DNA of 64,000 nucleotides, taken from the human T2T-CHM13v2.0 reference genome, Homo sapiens. How positions within the stretch are numbered: position 1 is the first letter of the stretch; the number at the start of each line of letters is the position of its first letter. The notes beneath the pieces are model-generated. The model was not told the origin of the DNA. It was given only the letters and a program-made list of their open reading frames with translations, and searched no databases. The stretch lies in NCBI RefSeq assembly GCF_009914755.1, contig NC_060937.1; one strand, given 5' to 3'. Both the position numbers and the translations under genes were made by a program. Below, piece after piece: positions 1 to 18,619 of this stretch.

Positions 1-687
1 AGGAGTAGATAGGCAAGAACCAAGAGGAGAAGGAAGACAGATGTTTTCTGAAGTTTGTGACGCAGAATAGGGGTTATCTAAATAAATAACATGGTGGTCA
101 ATGTTCATTTATTCTCTGTCAAATGCTGCTGCTTCTTTAAAACATTAAAAAGTGTTTTTCTCCCTTAGTCTGTCATTTCTTAATGGCAAAAGTTAAATGC
201 CTACTCCTAACTATGTTTAGTGACTGTAAGTCAGTGAACAGAAATGTGCCATTAGAAGATTAGCACTGATGCTGCCTGAAATACGTTATATGCAGTTAGC
301 AGGTTACATTTGTTTTTAAATTTTAATAAAATCTAAAGAAAAGCTTTAAAATACGAGAAATCTATACTCCCCAAAACTATTTGTATTTATACCCATCCTC
401 CTTGCCAACGATTTGGAATATGGCAAAGTAGATATAGGTAAATATTTTTAATACTTCATAAATACAAGCACAGATAGATGGATGAATGTGATCACTGTAA
501 CACTGATTAGTGAGCAATATATTTTATAGAGAAGACTTTGCAATGGGATTGCTAAGTAATTTCCCAGTTGGGATAACCTGTACAGCTTACAAGAGTATTT
601 CTATATCTACCATACAAATATCTTTATGAAGATGAAGGAAGAGAACATTCTAAAACACAAATTCGAACATACTGAGCTGAAGCTTAC

Positions 688-783
688 CATTATGGCATAA
701 AATAAGGGTCCAAAAGAAGAGATAACTTATGTACGCTGATGAAGTGGGGTGAACACCATGCCTTTAACATCAATCTTACAGTA
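688..783 (-). CDS. SUPT20H: 96-bp second exon: 93 nt of 5'UTR plus only the initiator ATG (688-690); coding sequence continues left of the window. Probably SUPT20H (SAGA subunit Spt20 homolog)
   Basis: Minus strand reads ttttattgtttttgcttttcAG|tactg...ccataATG|GTAAGC, i.e. strong acceptor at 784/783 and consensus donor at 688/687. Gene name inferred from recalled neighbourhood with CSNK1A1L, not from protein sequence in the window. Confidence 0.72.
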
Positions 784-1226
784 CTGAAAAGCAAAAACAA
801 TAAAACCCCAATATTAACATAAGGCTATTAAGAGGAAAAAAAAAGAGATTACATATTTCATAATTAACAAGGAAAATTACTTATATTTTTAAGACATACA
901 TATTTTTAAGACACTTTTTAATAATGAGTAACAATAAAATTCATGTACCACAACCTATCCACTCACTGCTGAAAAGTAGTTTCAACTAGGAAAGGCAAAA
1001 CACACTTGCCAAGTTACAATTATTACTCCTTTTCTCAAAAATACTTAACATCTCCAGAGAGAAAAAAAATACATTTTTTAAAATCTCTTCTCTATCACTA
1101 CTGTTGCTATTCTCATTTTTCCTTTGAATTATTTTAATAGCTTGCCCACTGGGCTTGATCACTATCCAGTTCACTTTACAAATCACAGATATAATCATGT
1201 CTGCTGATAAAAAATCCTCTTATTAA

Positions 1227-2902
1227 TAAGAGAGGACACAAACAAATAGAAAAAAAATCCATGCTCATGGATAGGAAGAATCAATATTGTGAAAATGGCC
1301 ATATTGCCCTAAGTACTCGTAGATTCAATGCTATTACCATCAAGCTACCATTAACTTTCTTCACAAAACTAGGAAATACTACTTTAAATTTCATGTGGAA
1401 CCAAAAAAGAGCCTGTATAGCCAAGACAATCCTAAGCAAAAAGAACAAAGCTGGAGGCATCATGCTGTCTGACTTCAAACTATACAATGCTACAGTAACC
1501 AAAACAGCATGCTACTGGTACCAAAACAGATATACAGACCAACAGAACAGAGGCCTCAGAAATAACACCACACATCTACAACCATCTAATCTTTGACAAA
1601 CCTGACAAAAACAAGCAATGGGGAGAGGATTCCCTATCTAATAAATGGCCCTGGGAAGACTGGCTAGCCACATGCAGAAAACAGAAATTGGACCCCTTTC
1701 TTACACCTTAACAAAAATTAACTCAAGATGGAATAAAGACTTAAACATAAAACCATAAAACCATAAACCATAAAAACCCTAGAAGAAAACCTAGGCAATA
1801 CCATTCAGGACATAGGCATGGGCAAAGACTTCATGACTAAAGCACCAAAAGCAATTGCAACAAAAGCCAAAATTGACAAATGGGATCTAATTAAACTAAA
1901 GAGCTTCTGCTCAGCAAAAGAAACTATCATCAGAGTGAACAGGCAACCTACAGAATGGGCGATAATTTTTTGCAATCTATCCTTCTGACAAAGGTCTAAT
2001 ACCCAGAATCTACAAAGAACTTAAATTTAGAAGAAAAAAACAACCCCATCAAAAAGTGGGTGAAGGATATGAACGGACACTTCTCAAAAGAAGACATTTA
2101 TGCGGCCAACATATGAAAAAAAGCTCATTATCACTGGTCATTAGAGAAATGCAAATCAAAACCACAATGAAATACCATCTCACACCAGTTAGAATGGCAG
2201 TCATTAAAAAGTCTGGAAACAGATGTTGGTGAGGCTGCAGAGAAACAGGAACACTTTTACACTGTTGGTGGTAGTGTAAATTAGTTCAACCATTGTGGAA
2301 GACGGTGTGGCAATTCCTCAAGGATCTAGAACCAGAAATACTGTTTGACCCAGCAATCCCATTACTGGGTATATACCAAAGGATTATAAATCATTCTACT
2401 ATAAAGACACATACACACGTAACGTATGTTTACTGGAGCACTATTTACAATAATGAAGACTTGGAACCAACCCAAATGCCCACCAATGATAGACTGGATA
2501 AAGAAAGGGTGGCACATATACACCATGGAATACTATGCAGCCATAAAAAAGAATGAATTCATGTCCTTTGCAGTGACATGAATGATTCTGGAAACCATCA
2601 TCCTCAGCAAACTAACACAGGAACAGAAAACCACACATCACATGCTTTCACTCATAAGTGGGAGCTGAACAGTGAGACCACATGGACACAGGGAGGGGAA
2701 CATCACACGCTGGGGCCTGTTGGGGGGTTGGGGGAAAGGGGATGGAGGGCATTAGGACAAATACCTAACACATGCGGGGCTTAAAACCTAGATGACGGGT
2801 TGATAGGTACAGCAAACCACCATGGCACATGTATACCTATGTAACAAACCTGTACATTCACCACATGTATTCCAGAACTTAAACTAAAATTAAAAAAAAA
2901 AA
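1227..2902 (+). mobile_element. 5'-truncated LINE-1 (older L1PA, about L1PA7/8-like): degraded ORF2 C-terminus, 3'UTR and poly(A)
   Basis: ORF fragments match L1 ORF2 ([21 protein letters not shown]; WKTVWQFLKDLEPEI). 3'UTR 'ggacaaatacctaa...ggggcttaaaacctagatgacgggttgatagg'; A-tail about 2892-2902; many frameshifts. Confidence 0.93.
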
Positions 2903-3008
2903 AGATACATTATCTAGCCTATTTGATACAAAAAACAAAAACAAAAACAAAACGAAACCTCACTCCTTGGGTACATATGTTTCTAATATTTGGTGGAAAG
3001 ATTCATTC

Positions 3009-5990
<2,982 letters not shown>

Positions 5991-6217
5991 CCTTCTTTTC
6001 TATAACTACAGGAGTTCTTATCCTGGCTGCACAAGAGTAACTTGCAGAGCTTCAAACTGTGGGATGCCTGTGACCCACCTGCTTGAGACTGATTAAGTGG
6101 TCTAGAGTGAGGCACAGTCCCCATTTTTGGAGCTCCCCAGACGAGTCAAACGTGCTGCCAGGGTTGAAGCTCACTCTGCCTAGCAAAGGATGGTGCGTAA
6201 CATTTGCTCTGAGATAA

Positions 6218-6563
<346 letters not shown>

Positions 6564-6751
6564 TTATTTTTAATCTATTCACCTAACTTCATGTAACCAC
6601 TACTGGGTGTCTACACAGCTGAACTAAAGCACAACTTCTGATGACAGAAAACAAGATTTTCCAGGTAAAACAGTTTTGCTTTGATTTTTGGTGAACCCCA
6701 AAGCTTTGTTTTTTGCCAAGCCATTAAAAAAAAAAAAAAAAAAAAAGGAAA

Positions 6752-7491
<740 letters not shown>

Positions 7492-8499
7492 CTAATACAA
7501 CACAAACACAAGCACCATACAACTGTAAATGATTTACGATCATTTACAATGAGTAAGATATTACTCCTACCCTTGAAAAGCTCGTAGGAGGTTTAAGTTG
7601 AATTTAGGTGAACGTGAAAATTTTCTGACCACTGAATTTGAAGATGAAGATACACTATGTACTTTTCGGACAAAATGTGATGACTTTAAGATTTCTTGTC
7701 ACTAAATTGGGGATGGGGGCTTACTAACTTTAAATTATTTAAGTACTTCAGACAAAAACTAATAACTTCATATCTCTCACAAAGCAAACATTCTGTCTAT
7801 ACACAGAATTTACTAGAACCTGTGAGGAAACTGTAATCATTATCATTTCCGTTTTACAGAATAAGGCAATCAGAACAACTGACTTTCCTAACATCACAGA
7901 CCTAGATCAGAATTCAGAACTCTGTGTCCAATCTTAGGTCCCTTCCAATATTACAACCTGCAAACTAATCAAACCGGCATCTGTTTTTACATTTCTTTAA
8001 AAAAAGCAAAGCAATTAAAAAAAGGACCCAATTCTGCTCAGAGACGAATATGTATTTCTTAATTTGGATCTAACTTTATAACATGGTGATCAACCCAAGT
8101 ACACTGTACTCGACTCCGAAAATCCTGCTCGTCACTTTATATTTTGAGTCCTACTAGAGACTTTGATGAATTGCACTCAAGAAGACGCGGCCCCCACTAC
8201 GCAGTGGCTACGGGAGATGGCTTCCAGGGCAACTGTTCTCCAAGTTCATTTCTGAGCGCCGGGTAACCATGGCCAGTAATTAATCCAATTCTAAGCGTTG
8301 CTATCAATTCTACGCGTTGCTATCAATTCTACTGATTTCCCTGATCGACCAGAGTCTTCCCATTGCAGGAGCTTTTGTCACAACTTAGGCTTTACCTGTA
8401 CAACCGTCATCTCCACAGAGGAGCGACAAGCCTTTATGCAATATGGACACCAAGAAAACCGCCTTCGAAGACACGCAAGGCAAAATTCTTGCCAGTGTC

Positions 8500-9070
8500 C
8501 GGAAATACCCGTCTCTGGAACCCAAAAGTCAAACTAAAATTAAAAGTTCGGCTTAGCAACACCGCGAAAGGCGATGTAGGCGTCCACCGGGAGTTTAGCT
8601 GCCTCAACCTCCGCCCCGGCCTGCCGGGTCTCTGGGGACCCCGTCTTCCTCCAGCGGGCTCTGGGATGCGGCCCGCTCACCTCTGACCCTGGCCGGATCT
8701 CGCGCGTCTAAGCCACCGCGTTGCCAGTCGCTGGCCACCCACCTACCGCCACCGCCCACCTGTGCGGGTCGCCTCGCCGCTAGGCCCCAAGACGGCGCCG
8801 CCTGCTCGGCAGCAAAGCCCACCCGCCCCGTCGGCGGCTCAGTGCTGCACCCCCACCAACAGCCAGTTCCGGCGGCCGCACTTCCGACTGGCAGGCTGGG
8901 CCGAGGGGCGGGGAAGGCGGGCGGAAGGGGAGGAGCCGGGAGGGCGGGGCCGCTGCCAGGAGCCTGGAGCGCTGCGTTCCGCGCAGGACGCCGGTGAGGC
9001 CCGCAGAGACTTGCGTCCGGGCGGGAGGCGGGGCCCAGGATCTCTGCTCAATCCTGGAGTCCGAGTCCGC
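8500..9070. promoter_or_regulatory. CpG-island promoter with tandem ETS sites and GC boxes
   Basis: Non-repetitive, very CpG-rich. Minus strand gtCGGAAGTGcggccgCCGGAActgg (about 8863-8889); GGGGCGGGG/GGGCGGGGC at about 8905 and 8942; no TATA box seen. Confidence 0.9.
8760..8890 (-). other. SUPT20H: Non-coding first exon (probable SUPT20H exon 1); TSS approximate; alternative donors at 8747 and 8681
   Basis: Minus-strand donors CAG|GTGGGC (8760), GCG|GTAGGT (8747), GAG|GTGAGC (8681) just downstream of the ETS/GC-box cluster; no ATG in 8681-8890 on the minus strand. Confidence 0.6.
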
Positions 9071-9339
9071 AAAGTGGGAGGGAGGGTGTAGATGTGAATT
9101 TGGGGAAAAACGACCCTGTTGAATTTCTAGAGTGGAAGAAACATAGAACTAGCTTTTCTCTTTGCTTAGCACATACAAATGGAAAAACAGCGACACCGTT
9201 ACCTACATTTACTAGTCCAATGCGTACAACCTTCTGTAGTATATCAACTGCCAATGAGTTTATGTTTTTAAAAAAACCACCCCAGAGAAGGGTTCTAAAA
9301 ATTCAGAAACCGCATTACTAGCACACATTGTAAGGTCTG

Positions 9340-9716
<377 letters not shown>

Positions 9717-9799
9717 TGAAAGTGTCTTGGAATTAGAGTTAGTGGTTGCACACATTATAAGTGTATTAAAGTACACTCCAAAATAAAATCCGAACACAT

Positions 9800-10700
9800 T
9801 AAGTGGTTACTCCCATTCCTCCCTCTCTCAGCCCCTGGCAAATGCCAATCAGCTTTCAAACTGTGGTACCTATTACGGATATTTCATATAAATGGAATGT
9901 GTGACCTTTTGGTCTGTCTTCGTAGCATAATCTTTTGCAGGTTCACCTTGTACACCTTGTTGCATGTATCGGTACTTCATGTCTCTTTATGGCTACTATT
10001 CCACTGTACCTAGATGCCACAGTTTTACCTGTCCATCCACTGATGGACATTTGGGTTGTTTCCACTTTCGGGCTATTGTGAATAGCAATGATATGAACAT
10101 TTGTATACAAGTATTTGTTCGAGTCCCTGTTTTCAATTCTTTTGGGTATAAACATAGTGGAACTTCTGGGTCTTATAGTAATTCTACGTGAAAATATTTG
10201 AGGAACCCATAAACAAATGTTTCTACAGCAGCTGAACCATTCATTTTACATACCAAGAGCATTGTCGGGGGATTCCAATTTCTCCACATCCTCACTAACA
10301 CGATAATTTTCTATTCCTTTGATAGTAACCATCCCAAAGGGTATAAAGTGGTATTTTATTGTGGGTTTGATTTGCATTCCCTAATGGCTAGTTATCTTGA
10401 GCATCTTTTCATGCCCTTGTTAGCCATTTGTATATCTTCTTTGGAGAACTCTCTATTCAGGTATTTCCCCATTTTTAAATTGAGTTGTTTGTGTTTTTGT
10501 TGTTAGTTATGTGTAGTCATATATTCTGGATATTAGACCCTTATGAGATATATCATTGGTGGATACTTTCTCCCATTCTGTAGGTTGTCTTTTCACTTTC
10601 TTTGTAATATCCTTCAGTGTACAAACCTTTTTAATTTTGATGAAATCTAATTTATCTATTTTGTTACTTGTGCTTTTGGTGTCATCACCAAGAATCCATT
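9800..10700 (-). mobile_element. Old LINE-1 (L1M-type) 3' region
   Basis: Minus-strand [35 protein letters not shown] resembles L1 ORF2; degraded 3'UTR. Confidence 0.85.
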
Positions 10701-10719
10701 GTGCAAGCACACTAGCTTT

Positions 10720-12990
<2,271 letters not shown>

Positions 12991-13067
12991 GCTATTATAA
13001 ATGAAATTGTTTTTAATTTTCCAGATTGGTGATTGCTGATGTATAGAAACACAATTGATTTTGGGGT

Positions 13068-13428
13068 ATTCTCTTAGTCTATTTTCTGCTGCTGTAACAG
13101 AATACTACAGACTGGGTAATATATAATAAACAGAAGTTTATTGGCTCACGGTTCTGGATGCTGAAGATTCTAAGATTGAAGGGCTAGCATCTGGTGAGAG
13201 CCTACTTGGTATGTATGTTATCCCATGGTGGAAGGACAAAGAGAGGGCTAGAGAGCAAGGGATCAAACTTGAAGCCTCAAGTTCTTTTACAATTGGCATT
13301 AATCTATTCATGAGGGTGAGACCTCATGACCTAAACAACTTACATTAGGCCTTACCACCCAACATTGTTGCATTATGGGTTAAGTTTCTAGCACGTCCTT
13401 TGGGGGGATATATTCAAACCATAGCAAG
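13068..13428 (-). mobile_element. MST-type MaLR solo LTR
   Basis: 'cttagtctattttctgctgctgtaacagaatac...ttcaaaccatagca'. Confidence 0.75.
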
Positions 13429-13639
13429 TGTTGGCCTTGTACTCTGAACATTTACTTATTAGCTCTATTAATTTTGTATGTGTGCCTACATGTGTATATT
13501 CTTTAGGATTTCTATATATAGAATCATGTAATCTGTGAACTGAGATAGTTATACTTTTTTTCTCCCAATTTGAACACTTTCATTTCTTTTCCTTGGTTAA
13601 TTGCTCTGACCAGAGCCATCCCTTCATTTTAAATATTTT

Positions 13640-13953
13640 GCTCACGTGATTATGGAAGCTGGCAAGTCTGAAATCTGTTGGGCAGCTGAGTAGGCTGGAA
13701 TCTCAGGCAAGAGTTGATGCTGCAGTCTTGAGGCAGAATTTCTTTTTCTCTGAGTAATCTCAGATTTTGCTCTTACAGCCTTCAGCTAATTGAATAAGTT
13801 CCACCCACATTATCAAGATTAGTCTCCTTTACCTAAAGTCAACTGATTATAGATATTAAATGTATCTTCAAAATACCTTCACAGCAAGACCTAGATTAAT
13901 GTTTGATTGTGTACTGTAGCCTAGAAAAATTGACATGTAAAATTAACCATCAC
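13640..13953 (-). mobile_element. MLT2 (ERVL) LTR fragment
   Basis: 'gctcacgtgattatggaagctggcaagtctgaaatc...aattaaccatcaca'. Confidence 0.7.
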
Positions 13954-14186
13954 ATTCAATGTGGTAGATAGTAGTGTTAGTTCACAGGATTTTAAAACAT
14001 TTTTATTTCTCACTCTCCTTCCCATGGCTTCAGTGTGGGCACAGTATACTTCCTCATGGTGATTTTGCATGTGGCTATGTGACTCATTTTGGCCATTGGA
14101 ATATGAACAGATCCACTAGCAGTTGAGGATAACTAGATGGGGTCTTAGAGAGAAGCAGAAGACATGTGTGTTCTGAATCCTCTGAC

Positions 14187-14227
14187 TGTGTGTGTGTGTG
14201 TGTATGTGTGTGTGTGTGTGTGTGTGT
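14187..14227. repeat. (TG)n microsatellite with one TA interruption
   Basis: Direct reading. Confidence 0.97.
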
Positions 14228-14526
14228 TTGTAAGCAATGATACAGAGTCCAATTTGAAAGAGCTCCTACTGGCAAAAGAAGGGACACTTGGAGCATCAAG
14301 GAGAATCAGAAAGATTTTTTTGACTGAAGTAGTTTGAAATATATCAAAAATTTCAAAATACATAAATTTCAATGCTTTTATTAAACCTCTCACTGGTCAC
14401 ATTGAGGATTGCTAGGGCACTAACTCATTATTCTGAAATTGCTTTTAAAAAGTTTTTAAACCAAATTTTTTGCTTTCCTACACAAACTGAAATTCAGAGT
14501 AACCAAAGAGTTGATAGGGGAAAACT

Positions 14527-14833
<307 letters not shown>

Positions 14834-16042
14834 GGGAAAATTTTTTAATAGAAGAATTCCAGTGAATAAATAAAAAAGTGATAGAATATCACCATTTTGC
14901 AACCTGTGAGAAAATAATACTTCTAGGGAATAATTACTAATGGTTACCAAATAACCAAATGGGTAGAAGGTTGAAAGGAAACTTAATAGTGATCCACTTT
15001 ATGTATGTGCTATTTATGTGCTATGTACTATACTATATAAATAGTACTTTATAGTATTACTGTTTATGAAATTTTTTTTTTACAAAATCCTAAATCTGAA
15101 TTTAATCAAGCCTCTAGATCTAACTGCCAGTTTACTTGAAAAAAAGAGGCACAGAGTAACATGTTAAGTGATCTTTCAGTGACCAACAGTGGTGGTGGAG
15201 GAGACCCACCCAAGTCTGGCTGTGTTGGGTACTTGTGATGCAAATAACTCATGAGGAGCCTTGCTTTCCTCCTCTGGTGCTGTCAGGGCTGTTACCTTGA
15301 GCTCCCCCTACGTTAGTGGGTCCTCGATTTTAGAGTTGAAAGCTTGGCTGCCTGGCTGTGCTCTGAAAGAAATTATTTTCTTATGAGTATCACTCTGTTC
15401 CTCCTTCCCTAATGCTCGCCACTCTGGTACCATTGCTACTGATGTCACAGCTTCTTTTCTGGCTCAAGTCACTCCTCCCAGGACAGGGCAGGTGCAAGTG
15501 AAGACAGAGAAAGGGTGGTTGCAGCAGTGTGTGAGGAGGCCCTACCTGCTGGCTTGTGGACAGTTGTTCTGCCAGGTGTGCCAGCCACAGCCGTGACAAC
15601 GGAAAGACAAAGCCTTCTCTCCCGCCTGACTCCCTCTCTCCAGCTGCTTTCCACACTTCCAATACCCAGATCATGTCATATGCCCCCTGTTACATTTTTT
15701 TGAGCCCCTAGTGTCCTTAAAATGAAGTCTGAATTCCTAATATGACATTTAGGCCCTCCATGGTCCAAGGCTATCCATGTTCCCAGACAGAGTCTTCCAT
15801 GATAACTCCTTTACATCCTGCTGTCTTGCTGGCTGCATTGTCTATCTTGTTATAAACTTTTATTTCTCTATTTTTTTTTAACGAATGATTTTTCTTTATC
15901 TGGCATTTTCTTTTTTAATAAATTTGCCCATTGAATCTTATACCAGCCTGCTTGACTACATAAATGTTAATACCTCTGAGATACTTGCTGGAATTTCTTC
16001 CAGTTGGAATTAGTTTTTCTCATCTGTAATGGCCCCAAATGC

Positions 16043-16579
<537 letters not shown>

Positions 16580-16582
16580 TAA

Positions 16583-18160
16583 CCAAGGTGGCCAAAATAA
16601 AGTCTCATTAATATTTCTCTTAGTTCTCCTAACTTTAGATAGGATTTCTTACCAACTCTAGGCCACTGACCTCCCTTTTCTTAGATCATTTACTATGAAA
16701 AAACTTTTAGGCTGTTTTTTTGCTCCTTTGATATATAACTTTTAAAAAATGCCTGTTACCAATTCTACAACCCTGGAATGTCTTTCTTAAGGAGGGCCAT
16801 CTCCTTGAAATGTAATAATCAAGGAAGATAGAGCCCGTGTCTCCAGTTTCTGTAGGAGGGCAGTAACCAACTTCAGAGGGTGCTTAGCTCCAAGTTATAA
16901 CAGTACCTCCTATCACGAAGATACAGTAAAGTTTGCGTTTTCTTTAGGTAAGGACAGTTAACACAGATGGCCTACTACCCCCTACTCCAGCTCTTAAAAC
17001 CTCTCCTGCTAAACTTCTGTACATCAGTAGAGTGAAAAGGCAACCAACAGAATGAGACAAATATATTACAAATAACATATTTGATATATGTATAAATAAA
17101 GAATATGTAAAGAATGTCTACAGCTCAACAACAGAAAAACCAAATAACCCAATTTAAGAATGGGAAAATAATTTGAATAGACATTTCTCCAAAGAAGAGG
17201 TACAAATGGCCAATAAGCACATGAACAGGTGCTTAGCCTCACTCATCATTAGGGAAGTGAAAATCAAAACTACAATGAAATACCACTTCATATTCATTAG
17301 GATAATTATCAGAAGAACAGAAAATAACAAGTGTCGTCAAGAATGTGGAGAAATCTGGATATTTGTACCTTGCTAGTGAGAATATAAAATTGTGTAGCTG
17401 CTGTAGAAAACCGTGTGGTTGTTCTTCAGAAAGTTCAACACAGAATTACCATGTGATCCAGCAATTCTACTTCTAGGTATATACTCAAAGGAATTGAAAG
17501 CTGGGACTTGAACAGATATTTGCACACCAACATTTATAGTAGCTTTATTCACAATAGCCAAAAGGTGGAAACACTCCAAATGCCCACCGACAGATAAATG
17601 TATCAATAAAATGTGGTTAATACATGCAGTGGAGTATTAGCCTGAAAAAGGAATGGAATTCTGATACATGCTACATTATGGATGAACCTTGAAAACAGGC
17701 TAAGTAAAATAAGCCAGAAACAAAAGCACAAATATTACATGATTCCACTTATATGAGGTATCCAGACTAGTCAAATTCATGAGACACAAAAAGATGAATG
17801 GTTTACTAGGGGATATGGGAAGGAGGAATTGGAAGTTATTATTTAATGGACATAGAGTTTCTATTTAGGGTGATGGAAAAGTTCTAGAAATGGATAGTGG
17901 TGATGTTTGTACAACACTGTGAATATACTCAGTACCACTAAATTGTACATTGAAAAATTGCTAAAATGGGAAATTTTATCTTATGTATATTTACCATAAC
18001 ACAAATATTAAAAAAAAAAACCCAAACCCAATTATCTTCCCCTTTGTTTCAGTGGAGTTGAGTTCATGCTATATTCTGGTCTCTCTCACCTATTGCAATA
18101 GCCTTAAAGTAAGTCTTCCTTGACTATGTAACTTTGTCCAGGCCAATTTTTGCTTAGACA
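16583..18160 (+). mobile_element. ERV1-class LTR (MER34/MER39-like), split by an L1 insertion into about 16583-17010 and 18035-18160
   Basis: 'ggccactgacctcccttttcttag', 'tgtaataatcaaggaagatag', end 'ctattgcaatagccttaaagtaagtcttccttg...gaca'; family from recalled consensus. Confidence 0.6.
17010..18020 (+). mobile_element. Old LINE-1 (L1MB-like) 3' end with poly(A)
   Basis: [40 protein letters not shown] is L1 ORF2 C-terminal; A-tail 18009-18020. Confidence 0.88.
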
Positions 18161-18619
18161 GTGTGCATTTCTGGCATTGCATTGAACATACTGTGAATTG
18201 TGTTCAGCTACTTGAGCACACATCTGCTTCTTTGTAAGCTTTTAAGCCTTTTGAGGTCAGGAAGCATTTTGTAGTCATATTTTTATCATCCAGGATGGAT
18301 GACCAGGTGTCCTTACAAATTAGGACCCAAAAAATTCTGAAACAAAATTATTTCTATTTTATATACAGAGTTTGCTTGTATATAAGTGACATCTTGTGGC
18401 ACCAAATGGAATAGTCAGTACTGTATTAATGTTTTCTTTGAACAAATAATGCTCTTTTTAGAGATCCAGATCCTACATATCTATTTTAAAGCTTGCCTAA
18501 AATAAGCATTGTTACAGTCAGAGGGCAACCAGTTAGTGGTATTTCTTAATTATGGTTTCGTCCACTTGGGTAGACCCTACCAGGGACAATTTGTGGCTGG
18601 ATCAGGTCTGGTAACTTAT

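Noticed and set aside
8298-9321. Overlapping ORFs across the CpG island
   Set aside because: Mostly non-ATG starts, low-complexity Pro/Arg/Gly content, no recognisable domain; expected from stop-codon scarcity in GC-rich DNA
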